From: Chloroflexota bacterium
GTDB lineage: Bacteria; Chloroflexota; Anaerolineae; Anaerolineales; UBA11858
Assembly: GCA_018263575.1 (NCBI GenBank)
Contig: JAANWX010000002.1
Location: 7,552-71,551, forward strand
Direction: 5' to 3'
DNA length: 64,000 bases
The notes beneath the pieces were generated by a model. The model was not told where the DNA came from. It did no database searches and saw nothing but the letters and a program-made list of their open reading frames with translations. Positions within the stretch are counted from its first letter, which is position 1; every line of letters starts with the position of its first letter. Position numbers and translations under genes: made by a program. Shown in pieces: positions 8,224-18,310 of the stretch.

Positions 8224-9474
8224 ATGAATATGAATTTTGACTTAGAACGCGAGGTACCCATTTTGGAATGGGAGACGCATATGTCTGCCCGAGCAAAAGG
8301 GATGAAAAGTTCAGCCATTCGAGAACTACTTAAGCTAACGAGCCAGCCTGATATTATCTCTTTTGCGGGAGGTCTCCCCGCACCCGAGTTTTTTCCTCTG
8401 CGCGCAGTAGATGAAGCGTGCCGGCATGTAATAAAAGAGAATGGTGCGGAAGCGCTTCAATATAGTGCTACGGAAGGCTATCAGCCGCTCAAGGAATTTT
8501 TAGCCAATCAAACGCATAAATACGGTGTACCGGCCAAACCAGAAAATGTGCTTCTGACCAATGGATCCCAGCAAGCCCTCGACCTGCTTGGCAAAGTTTT
8601 CATTGACCCAGGTCGCTTTGTGCTTACGGGACGCCCTACCTACCTAGGCGCCATCCAAGCCTGGAATGCTTACCAGGGACGATTCCACACCATGCGCGTT
8701 GACGAGGAAGGGATGATTGTCGATGAAATTGAGCACGCATATGAGAAAGTACTAAAAGAAAATGGGAAGCCGCCAGCTTTCATCTACGTGCTTCCTAACT
8801 TCCACAACCCGGCCGGGACAACGCTATCGTGGAAACGACGCGAAAAATTAGCTGAGATTGTCACAAAACTCAATCTCCCTGTCGTTGAGGATGATCCCTA
8901 TGGCCAATTGCGGTATGGGGGAGAAGACATCCCCCCCATCTGCACCCTGATTCCAGAGCGCACAATCTACCTGGGTACGTTCTCAAAAACCTTGGCGCCA
9001 GGATTGCGCTTGGGTTGGATCATTTGCCCAGAGGTGCTCATGCAGCGTTTTATACAGGCAAAACAGGGCAGCGATTTGCACACCCCCACCTTTGCCCAAT
9101 ACGTGACCAACGATATTTGTCAACGGGGATTGCTCAAACCTCACATCCAACATCTGCGTGGCGTTTATAAGAAGCGCAGGGATACCATGCTGGATGCCTT
9201 AGAGGAATTCTGGCCTGAAGGGTGTAGCTGTACCCACCCTGAAGGAGGATTATTCTTATGGGCTAAGGTTCCCGAGACCATTGATACAAATGTCTTCTTT
9301 AGAGAATGGGCATTAAAAGAAAAAGTGGCCTATGTGCCTGGTGTGAATTTTTATCCCAACGCGGATGGCGGCAAGCATGCTATGCGCCTCAACTTCTCCT
9401 ACGCCCCACCAGAGACAATTGTAGAAGGCATCCGCCGACTAGGGGTTGCTCTGAAAAAGGCCTTGGCAGAATAA
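8224..9474 (+). CDS. PLP-dependent aminotransferase, class I/II (2-aminoadipate/aromatic/kynurenine aminotransferase-like)
   Basis: RBS ggagg lies 6 nt upstream. The segment GMKSSAIRELLKL, ...NFHNPAGTT and FSKTLAPGLRLGW (PLP lysine region) support the call. Confidence 0.8.
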   Translation: MNMNFDLEREVPILEWETHMSARAKGMKSSAIRELLKLTSQPDIISFAGGLPAPEFFPLRAVDEACRHVIKENGAEALQYSATEGYQPLKEFLANQTHKYGVPAKPENVLLTNGSQQALDLLGKVFIDPGRFVLTGRPTYLGAIQAWNAYQGRFHTMRVDEEGMIVDEIEHAYEKVLKENGKPPAFIYVLPNFHNPAGTTLSWKRREKLAEIVTKLNLPVVEDDPYGQLRYGGEDIPPICTLIPERTIYLGTFSKTLAPGLRLGWIICPEVLMQRFIQAKQGSDLHTPTFAQYVTNDICQRGLLKPHIQHLRGVYKKRRDTMLDALEEFWPEGCSCTHPEGGLFLWAKVPETIDTNVFFREWALKEKVAYVPGVNFYPNADGGKHAMRLNFSYAPPETIVEGIRRLGVALKKALAE

Positions 9475-9489
9475 GGTGATTTTGGATAC

Positions 9490-9518
9490 TTGCACAAGAA
9501 CACTTCGTATGTTATAAA
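9490..9518 (+). promoter_or_regulatory. Candidate sigma70-type promoter for gdhA
   Basis: TTGCAC, a 17-nt spacer, then TATAAA. It would give a 5'UTR of about 140 nt. Confidence 0.45.
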
Positions 9519-9666
9519 TTTCCGCGTTGTGTTTATCAAGCTAACGCCCCATCAATGTTGGGGTGATGGCTTTTTCAAATTAGTCTGGGAAGTATTTTGT
9601 CCCTATCCCATAAGGCAAAGGCTTCCTGAAGCAGAAGAAGGATAGTCATTAGTTTAAGGAGTATAA

Positions 9667-11022
<1,356 letters not shown>

Positions 11023-11281
11023 TCATCCCCGGGATTCGTGGGCCCCGACGAAGTTGATAAATACAAATAGAGGCTCTGGCCAAATTCCTGGTCAGGGCCT
11101 TTTCTGTCTCTAAGACCTGTTTACAATCCTTACATCCCGAGACTTGTCGTCCTGGGATTGGCCCTGGCCCGCTGGGGAGGCGCGCTCCTCCCCGGCTGTG
11201 GGTTTCCCCCTCATTACCGCCCTCTACCAGGCCGGAGCCGGGTTGGGCGCCGTCATCACCCTAACTCCTAACTCGCACCTC

Positions 11282-12307
11282 CTAACCCGCACCTCGCACC
11301 CCCTCCACAATCTCCCTCACCAATCCAGGCCCCCTATAAATCAGGCCCGTATACACCTGCACCAGACTGGCCCCGGCATCAAGCTTTTCCTGCACGTCCT
11401 CGGGAGAAGCGATCCCCCCCACGCCCACAATGGGCAACTCCCCTTTTGTACGCCGGTAAATTTCCCTCACCATCGCCGTGCTGCGTTGGCGTAACGGCGC
11501 GCCACTTAAGCCCCCATTCTCCTCTCGCACAGGAGAGCGTAGGCCCTGGCGCTTGACGGTGGTGTTCGTGGCGATCACCCCATCCATGCCCATATCCATA
11601 ACCGCGCCTAAAGCGTCGTCCAGTTCGGCATCGGTGAGATCGGGAGCCAATTTGACGAGGATCGGACGGGGGAACGGCGACCAGCGGCGGGCGGCGGCCA
11701 GTTGAGCTAGTAAATCCTCCAGCCTGTCGCGGGCTTGCAAGCGCCGTAACCCTACCGTGTTGGGCGAGGACACGTTTACGGCGAAATAATCAACCACGGG
11801 AGCAAACTTCTCCATCAGGGCGAGATAATCTCGCGCCGCTTCCGCGTTGGGCGTGTCTTTGTTTTTGCCAATATTGATACCTAGAATGACGGGGGATGGG
11901 GGACGGGGGGCGGAGGATAATTGGCTGAAAACGAAATCCGCGCCGCGACCGGGGAATCCCATGCGGTTGATCACGGCCCTTTCCTCAGGGATGCGAAATA
12001 TGCGCGGCCTGGGATTCCCGGCTTGGGGGCGGGGTGTGACCGTGCCTACCTCGATATGCCCAAATCCCAGCGTGGACAAACCCCTCCAGGCCAAGCCGTC
12101 CTTGTCGTATCCGGCCGCTAGTCCTACGGAATTGGGAAACGTCAAGCCCAAAACCTCCACGGAGGATTGATGCTGGGGTGCGAAAACTCTCCGCAAGGTA
12201 CCCCGCACCGGCGGTAAAGCCCCCGCAAGGCGCAGGAGACCCAGGGTCAGGTCGTGCGCGCGTTCGGGATCAAGTTGAAAGAGAAGGGGACGTAAAAGTT
12301 GGTACAT
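11282..12307 (-). CDS. pyrD: Dihydroorotate dehydrogenase (quinone), class 2
   Basis: N-terminus MYQLLRPLLFQLDPERAH and C-terminal GGIASPEDVQEKLDAGASLVQVYTGLIYRGPG. The last codons (EGVRGAG) run into a repeat array at 11259..11302. Confidence 0.9.
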   Translation of the reverse strand: MYQLLRPLLFQLDPERAHDLTLGLLRLAGALPPVRGTLRRVFAPQHQSSVEVLGLTFPNSVGLAAGYDKDGLAWRGLSTLGFGHIEVGTVTPRPQAGNPRPRIFRIPEERAVINRMGFPGRGADFVFSQLSSAPRPPSPVILGINIGKNKDTPNAEAARDYLALMEKFAPVVDYFAVNVSSPNTVGLRRLQARDRLEDLLAQLAAARRWSPFPRPILVKLAPDLTDAELDDALGAVMDMGMDGVIATNTTVKRQGLRSPVREENGGLSGAPLRQRSTAMVREIYRRTKGELPIVGVGGIASPEDVQEKLDAGASLVQVYTGLIYRGPGLVREIVEGVRGAG

Positions 12308-12318
12308 TATCTACTGAT

Positions 12319-13839
12319 CTACTGTTCTCCTGATTCCAGAAATTTTTTAACCTCGTCAATTTTCTTAGCACTCACTGCGCCTTTACCTTCATAATGTTCC
12401 AGTAAATCCGGCAGCGTCAGTACGGCGTGTAGGTGATAGCCTTCCGCAGCCAGTTCGGCGGCCCCGTTCCGGCTGCGGTCGATGAGGACGACCACGTCCT
12501 TGACGTCGAGGCCATTCTCGGCCAATTTGGAGATCCCTTCCAGTTTGCTCCCGCCGGTGGAGATCAGGTCATCAATGACCACCGCGCGTTCCCCTTCTCG
12601 GAAGACCCCTTCCACCTGGGCCTTGGTGCCATACTCCTTGGCCTCTTTGCGAGGGTAGACCATGGGCCACCCACTATACAAACTGATCGCTGTGCCAATG
12701 GGCATGGCTGCATAGGGCAAGGGCGCAAGATGGTCAAACTCCAACTTCCGAAGGATAGCCAGGTAAGACTCGGCCACCTGGAGCAACAAGGCCGGGTAAT
12801 GGGCTAGACGTCGTAGGTCAATATAAATGGGGGATTCTTGGCCCGACTTGAGGGTAAAACGGCCAAACTTGATACACCCCGCCTCCAACAGACCGTCTGC
12901 CAGTAGACTGTGATCAGCGGTCAGTGGTCGATGATCAGGTACCCGCTCACTGCTTCTTGAATACTGGTTACCGATCACTTCCCTTTCCTGGTTGATGGCC
13001 GCTCTCAAGTCCCGTGCTGCCTTCCGGGGATTTCTGGCCCGGGAGATACCCCGCGAGACGGGGATGACCATCCCCAAGCCATCGGGGCGCAAGCCCGCCT
13101 TCAGCGCCGCACCCAGGTTCCCGCCCTGCGCTCCCACGCCGGGAGCCAGGATCCACAGGTCGGGGGCCGCTTCCCGGACACGGGCTAAAGAGTCCGGTTG
13201 GGTAGCGCCCACCACCAGGCCCAGGTTGTCGTTCCGGTTCCAGGACTGGGCCAGGCGGGCGACGTGGAGGTGGAGGGGGACGCCCCCCCTCACCCCCGGC
13301 CCCTCTCCCACGGGGAGAGGGGAGGTCGCCGTGAGTCCCCCTCTCCTTGTGGGAGAGGGGTTAGGGGTGAGGGCCAGGTCCTGCAAATCTCCCGCGCTAG
13401 GGTTCGATGTCTTGCAGAGTAGAAAGGCGCCCTTTTCGGGGTCACGGGTGAAGGGCTCCACCGCGTCCCGGCCCAGGTAGGGGTTGATGGTCGCCGCGTC
13501 TGCATCCAGGGCCCGAAACAGGGCATGCGCGTAAGCCTCGGCGGTGGAAGAAATATCCCCCCGCTTGGCGTCCAGGATAACGGGAATTTCCCAGGGGATA
13601 TAGAAAATAATTTCCTGTAAAGCGGCCATCCCTTCCGGGCCTAACATCTCGAAGAAAGCGATGTTGGGTTTATAGGCCAGAGCCACATCGGAGGTCGCCT
13701 CAATGATGTTCCGGCAAAAGTTCTTGGCCGCCTCCCCGCTGAACTCAGGCAAATCCTCCGGGTGAGGGTCAAGGCCGACGCATAGCAGGGAGTCCACGGC
13801 CCGGATTCGGGATTTGAGTCGAGAGAAGAAAGTCTCCAT
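12319..13839 (-). CDS. pyrF/pyrE: Bifunctional orotidine-5'-phosphate decarboxylase (type 2) / orotate phosphoribosyltransferase fusion
   Basis: The N-terminal half carries VGLDPHP and DAKRGDI (PyrF). The C-terminal half carries FGRFTLKSGQESPIYIDLR and VVIDDLISTGGS (PyrE). A palindromic repeat is inserted in frame at 13286..13373. Confidence 0.9.
   Translation of the reverse strand: METFFSRLKSRIRAVDSLLCVGLDPHPEDLPEFSGEAAKNFCRNIIEATSDVALAYKPNIAFFEMLGPEGMAALQEIIFYIPWEIPVILDAKRGDISSTAEAYAHALFRALDADAATINPYLGRDAVEPFTRDPEKGAFLLCKTSNPSAGDLQDLALTPNPSPTRRGGLTATSPLPVGEGPGVRGGVPLHLHVARLAQSWNRNDNLGLVVGATQPDSLARVREAAPDLWILAPGVGAQGGNLGAALKAGLRPDGLGMVIPVSRGISRARNPRKAARDLRAAINQEREVIGNQYSRSSERVPDHRPLTADHSLLADGLLEAGCIKFGRFTLKSGQESPIYIDLRRLAHYPALLLQVAESYLAILRKLEFDHLAPLPYAAMPIGTAISLYSGWPMVYPRKEAKEYGTKAQVEGVFREGERAVVIDDLISTGGSKLEGISKLAENGLDVKDVVVLIDRSRNGAAELAAEGYHLHAVLTLPDLLEHYEGKGAVSAKKIDEVKKFLESGEQ
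13286..13373. repeat. Palindromic PSP/GEG-type repeat element inserted in frame in the pyrF domain
   Basis: ccctcacccc...cccctctccc-acgg-ggagagggg...cccctctcc-ttgt-gggagagggg...ggggtgaggg. It encodes ..TPNPSPTRRGGLTATSPLPVGEGPGVRG.. between the conserved DLQDL and PLHLHVA segments. Confidence 0.8.
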
Positions 13840-13978
13840 ATCATCACCTTTAATAGAACGCAGATGACAAGGATTGAGCAGATTTGCGCAGATAAATACT
13901 TTTTGTTTTTAATCCGCAAGAATCCGCCTGATCTGCGTTGCCAACAGCAGGCCTATGGTAATCCGCGTTCGATTTCTC

Positions 13979-14968
13979 CTACGCCTTCCCCAACACCATC
14001 GCCAGCAGCGCCATGCGCACGTACATGCCATACTCCATCTGGCGGAAGTAGGCCGCGCGGGGGTCGTCGTCCAGTTCCATGCTGATCTCGCCCACGCGGG
14101 GGAGAGGGTGCATGAGTACCATAGCCTCCTTAGCGGATTCCAGGGTCGCCGGGGTGATCACGTACGCGCCCTTGACCTTCTCGTATTCTTCGGGGTCATC
14201 AAAACGTTCTTTCTGAACGCGGGTCACATAAAGGACGTCTGTCTCGGGGAGAGGTTCTTCAAGCTCATTATACTCGCTTTGCGGGATGCCTTTTTCATCA
14301 ATCTCTTTGATGATTTCGGACGACATGCGCAGAATCTCCGGAGAAACGTAATTGAGGCGCACGTCGTAAAGGGAGAGCAAACGGGAGAGGGAGTGCACCG
14401 TCCGCCCATGCTTGAGGTCGCCCAGCATGGTGATCGTGAGGCCGTCCGGCTGTCCGTGTTCCTCGATGATGGTGAAGAGGTCGAGCAAGGCCTGGGTGGG
14501 ATGTTCCCCGGCCCCATCTCCGCCGTTGATGACCGGTTTTCTGGCGTACTTCGCGGCTAGGGCCGAGGCCCCAATCTCCGGGTGGCGGAGGACAACCACG
14601 TCCGAGTAGCATTCTAACGAGCGCACCGTGTCGGGGAGGGATTCGCCCTTGGCCACTGAAGAATATTTTACCTCATTGATGGGGATCACGCTCCCTCCCA
14701 GGCGCTCCATGGCCGCCGTGAACGAGGAAGCAGTCCGCGTGGAGGGCTCATAGAAAAGGTTGGCGAGGATCTTCCCTTTCAGCAAGTCGAAAGTGCCAAT
14801 GCGCTCCACCATCTCTCGCATTTCGTGGGCGACCTCGAAAATGTAGGTCAGGTCGTCCCGGCTGAACTGCTTCACCGAGACAATCGACTTCCCATACCAG
14901 GGCGACGTGCGCTGGTCTCCGAGAGGCAAGTGGGGAGTTTGATTAGGGGTTTTGTCTGCTAAAATCAT
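13979..14968 (-). CDS. pyrB: Aspartate carbamoyltransferase catalytic subunit
   Basis: [16 protein letters not shown] and HPLPRV motifs. Confidence 0.95.
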   Translation of the reverse strand: MILADKTPNQTPHLPLGDQRTSPWYGKSIVSVKQFSRDDLTYIFEVAHEMREMVERIGTFDLLKGKILANLFYEPSTRTASSFTAAMERLGGSVIPINEVKYSSVAKGESLPDTVRSLECYSDVVVLRHPEIGASALAAKYARKPVINGGDGAGEHPTQALLDLFTIIEEHGQPDGLTITMLGDLKHGRTVHSLSRLLSLYDVRLNYVSPEILRMSSEIIKEIDEKGIPQSEYNELEEPLPETDVLYVTRVQKERFDDPEEYEKVKGAYVITPATLESAKEAMVLMHPLPRVGEISMELDDDPRAAYFRQMEYGMYVRMALLAMVLGKA

Positions 14969-14983
14969 TTTTCACTCCTTTGC

Positions 14984-15009
14984 CCGGCAAGACCTCTGAG
15001 GTCTGCCGG
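14984..15009. repeat. Intercistronic hairpin (ACCT-N3-AGGT palindrome family) between pyrC and pyrB
   Basis: ccggca-a-gacct-ctg-aggtc-tgccgg. Confidence 0.6.
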
Positions 15010-15021
15010 AATACTAACTGT

Positions 15022-16071
15022 TTAACGAATATTTTTTCCAAATCCGGGGGAGGCCAGAACCCGCCCCGCCCGGTAGACTTCCCGGCCGCGGAGTACGACA
15101 CGCGCCACCCTGCCCCGGACTCGCCGCCCCTCGAAGGGAGTCCATCGGCATTTGCTGTGGGTCGCCGAGGCCCGAACGGGGTATTCGTCCTCCACGTCCA
15201 CCTCCACCCAGGTCTCCGGCTGTTCCGGTAAACCGAAAATGCGCCGGGGATTAGTGTGCATGCGCTGGACGATATCCTCCACGGTCAAGCGGCCCTCGTG
15301 AGCGGCGGTCAAGAGGAGGGGGAGGGCCGTTTCCAGGCCTGGAAACCCAGAAGGCGGGTTTTCACCGTCCTTCTCCGCCAGGGTGTGGGGGGCGTGATCG
15401 GTGGCAAAACAGTCGATCACCTCCAAGTTCTTCCACAGCGCTTGCACATCCTCCGGGGATGCCAAACGAGGCCGCACTTCCGCCCGCCCCGCGCCAAGGG
15501 CCGGGATGTCCGCCGTGGAGAGGAAAAGGTGGTGGGGCGTCACCTCGCAGGTCACGGGATAGCCCTTTTCTTTGGCGGCTTTGATGAGGAGAATCTCCTC
15601 CCGCCGGGAGACGTGGCAGATGTGGACGGGACGGTTATAGAGGGCGGCGAAGAAGAGCAGCGCGGCCACCGTCTTCCCCTCCGCGTGGGCGACGATGGGG
15701 CGCGAGCGGGGCCAATGCTCCAAATGCGTCGTCCAAGCAGACATGTCATCTAGCAAAAGCGGGCCGTAGGTGGCGTTCAGATATAGCTTGAGACCGGCCG
15801 CTTGGGGCGCCAAAGCCTGGATTGCCGGGGCATTGGCCAGGGTAGCACCCAGATAAAGCCCGTAGTCGCAATAAGCCTTTTCCTCAGCCACTCGTTTGGC
15901 CCTCTCGAAGGCGGCCCTATCCACCAGGGGAGGCTGGGTATTGGGCATGGCCAGGACCGTGGTCACTCCTCCTGCCAGGGCAGCAGCCGTGCCGGTGGCG
16001 AAATCTTCTTTGTGAGTCGCGCCGGGTTCGCGCAGGTGAACGTGAATGTCGGTGAGGCCGGGGAGTTTCAT
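15022..16071 (-). CDS. pyrC: Dihydroorotase (short form)
   Basis: [10 protein letters not shown] metal-binding N-terminus, ..AMPNTQPP.., and operon context with pyrB. Confidence 0.85.
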   Translation of the reverse strand: MKLPGLTDIHVHLREPGATHKEDFATGTAAALAGGVTTVLAMPNTQPPLVDRAAFERAKRVAEEKAYCDYGLYLGATLANAPAIQALAPQAAGLKLYLNATYGPLLLDDMSAWTTHLEHWPRSRPIVAHAEGKTVAALLFFAALYNRPVHICHVSRREEILLIKAAKEKGYPVTCEVTPHHLFLSTADIPALGAGRAEVRPRLASPEDVQALWKNLEVIDCFATDHAPHTLAEKDGENPPSGFPGLETALPLLLTAAHEGRLTVEDIVQRMHTNPRRIFGLPEQPETWVEVDVEDEYPVRASATHSKCRWTPFEGRRVRGRVARVVLRGREVYRAGRVLASPGFGKNIR

Positions 16072-16231
16072 AAAAAAAAAGAGCCAATGAATGGCTCTAG
16101 GAAGGGTCAGTATAAAAATAAAACGCCCATGGGAGCGAAACCGCTCCGGGGCGTCGGGATTTCTGGGGGACGAGATATATGTGCTCTTTCATACCAAACG
16201 AAATTATCAGGGGAATCTTTCGTTTTGTCAA
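16072..16231 (-). promoter_or_regulatory. pyr operon promoter plus a leader with two tandem intrinsic terminators (attenuator)
   Basis: On the minus strand: TTGACA (16231..16226), a 17-nt spacer, GATAAT (16208..16203). Hairpin 1 at 16153..16124 is followed by UUUUAUUUUUAU. Hairpin 2, agagcca-N5-tggctct (16098..16080), is followed by U8 and then directly by the pyrC ATG. Confidence 0.6.
16097..16192 (-). CDS. Candidate 31-aa pyr leader peptide ([31 protein letters not shown])
   Basis: The ATG lies 10 nt after the -10 box, so it is near-leaderless. The ORF reads through hairpin 1 and its UAG overlaps the 5' arm of hairpin 2. There is no conservation evidence. Confidence 0.35.
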   Translation of the reverse strand: MKEHIYLVPQKSRRPGAVSLPWAFYFYTDPS

Positions 16232-16333
16232 GAGGCATTGAGGCAAAATTGGCAAGGCCAAGCAATACTCTGATCTGCGTGATCGGCACTCCGGCCTCAT
16301 AGCTTTGATCGCATACTCCCCCGGGTCAAACCT

Positions 16334-16999
16334 TTATGAAGTGATAATATCACCTTTGTGTGTATAGGAGAATTTGACTTCCTCTTTCCCCATTAATTTT
16401 TCCTGCATTTTTCGGATGATCAATTCCAAGTGTTTGCCATTGTCGACATAGTTCAGGTCATCAGCAGGGACCATCAAGACTGGGCATAAATGGAAGCCGT
16501 CTATCCACTCTTCGTATAAGTCATTGAGTTGCTCTAAATAAACAGGATCAATCTCTTCCTCGTAATCTCGCCCTCTTTTTGTGATTCGGGCCTGGAGCGT
16601 GGGAACCGTAGCTCGTAGATAAATTACCAAGTCGGGGGGTGGCAAGAATTCTATTAATACCTGATAGAGTTCCCGATACGTTTGGTAGTCACGGTCGGTG
16701 ATCTGGCCCTGGCAATACAGGTTATGAGCAAAAACTCCCGCGTCTTCATAGACACTTCGGTCTTGAATCACAGAACCATGATGAGCCAATAAATTCTTAT
16801 GAGCCCGCAAGCGCCTGGTGAGGAAAAACATTTGGGAGTGAAAGGCCCATGTCTGCATATCCTTGTAGAAATCGGCCAAGTAAGGGTTCTCTTCTTGTGG
16901 CTCATAGAACGGCGTCCATCCAAGATGGTCACACAGGCCTTTTACCAGAGTAGTCTTTCCGACACCAATATTTCCCGCTACAGCAACAAATTTATCCAT
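16334..16999 (-). CDS. Deoxynucleoside kinase (dAK/dGK/dCK family)
   Basis: P-loop GNIGVGKTT, a DRS motif (IQDRSVYED), and a length of about 220 aa. Confidence 0.85.
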   Translation of the reverse strand: MDKFVAVAGNIGVGKTTLVKGLCDHLGWTPFYEPQEENPYLADFYKDMQTWAFHSQMFFLTRRLRAHKNLLAHHGSVIQDRSVYEDAGVFAHNLYCQGQITDRDYQTYRELYQVLIEFLPPPDLVIYLRATVPTLQARITKRGRDYEEEIDPVYLEQLNDLYEEWIDGFHLCPVLMVPADDLNYVDNGKHLELIIRKMQEKLMGKEEVKFSYTHKGDIITS

Positions 17000-17083
17000 A
17001 AATACTCCATAATAAACAAAACCTCTAAGGTTTACCCTACAATAACCTCAGAGGTCTTACCCCTCGCTTCCCATCCGCCCGCT

Positions 17084-18220
17084 CTAATCTCCCAGATGCA
17101 TGGGCATAATCACGTGAATGAAGCCATCTTCTCCCACTTGCCGGATTAAACCTGGGCTGGTAGATTTTGTGGTCTCAAGGGCGACATTAGGGGTCTTGAT
17201 AATGTCAAGGACTTCTCTCAGGTAGCGAACGTTAAAAGCAATCAAAACATCTGGGCCTTCGATAGTAGCCTCCAAGACCGCTTGGCTAAAGCCTGTTTCT
17301 TCAGACCGACCAGAGATTTCTACTTTGCCGGGGATCATTTCCTCACTTCCCGGAATGACGTTAATTTGAGCAATCAGGGATCCTTCCCTGGCAAAAATCT
17401 CGGCCTGTTTACAAGCCTTAAGGAAGTTTGCCGTGGTGAGCAGGGTGCGGGTTTGATAGCTCTTGGGGATAATCTGTTGATAATCTGGGAAGGTGCCCTC
17501 AATCAACTGCGAAGCAAGCTCCACATCCTTGGTGCGGAAAATGACCTGCCCTCGACCAGGGGGAAGGGTCATGGTGATGACTTCGTTTGCGTCGCTGCTG
17601 ATACGTGCCAATTCCTCCAAAGCCCGGGCCGGGATAACTGCCTTAATCGGTTTTTCGACGTTTGCAGAAAGGTCCATTGACCGCACAGAAAGCCGGAAGC
17701 CATCTGCGGCCGCCATGGTGATTGTACTATCTTCCGCCGTCACCAACACACCAGTCAAAATTGGGCGCGCTTCGTCTTTGGATGCCGCAAAAGCGACCTG
17801 GCTTATGATCTCTTTAAGGTCTTTGACGTTGATCTCTATCTCGGCATCTTGGTCAGGCGTGGGCATGGGCGGAAACTCTTGGGCGTCAATGCACTTTATA
17901 TCCGTATTCAAAGAGCCACATTTTACATTCAGGGTTTGTGTGCTTTCTTCCAAGACCATATCGGCCTGCTCAGGCGGCATGGTGCTAACAAGATCAGTAA
18001 ATGTCCGCGAGGGGACCGTGGTAGACCCTTCCTCCTCAATCTTGGCACTGATCCAACAGGTTATGCCTAATTCCAAGTTTGTGGCGGACAGACGCAAACG
18101 CCCCCCATCGGTGGCAACCAAAATATTAGAGAGCACTGGTAAAGTGCTGCGGGGAGAAACAGCCCGAGAAACAATGCTCAGGCCGCGTGCTAAATTTTCT
18201 TGCAAGACAGAAATCTTCAT
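17084..18220 (-). CDS. dnaN: DNA polymerase III beta sliding clamp
   Basis: 378 aa. MKISVLQENLARGLSIVSRAV.. begins a three-domain clamp pattern, and the C-terminus is ..FIHVIMPMHLGD. Confidence 0.95.
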   Translation of the reverse strand: MKISVLQENLARGLSIVSRAVSPRSTLPVLSNILVATDGGRLRLSATNLELGITCWISAKIEEEGSTTVPSRTFTDLVSTMPPEQADMVLEESTQTLNVKCGSLNTDIKCIDAQEFPPMPTPDQDAEIEINVKDLKEIISQVAFAASKDEARPILTGVLVTAEDSTITMAAADGFRLSVRSMDLSANVEKPIKAVIPARALEELARISSDANEVITMTLPPGRGQVIFRTKDVELASQLIEGTFPDYQQIIPKSYQTRTLLTTANFLKACKQAEIFAREGSLIAQINVIPGSEEMIPGKVEISGRSEETGFSQAVLEATIEGPDVLIAFNVRYLREVLDIIKTPNVALETTKSTSPGLIRQVGEDGFIHVIMPMHLGD

Positions 18221-18310
18221 AGTCCCAACCCTCTTTTATCAAAATTCATAGCGTACATAAAGTATACAACGATTAGTATAATTTTGCCACCCAATCAGTG
18301 GACGGTATGG

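Noticed and set aside
16985-18310. Replication origin next to dnaN
   Set aside because: No dnaA gene is adjacent. I found only one near-DnaA-box (ttatccata at about 16992..17000) and no box cluster or AT-rich DUE in the flanks.
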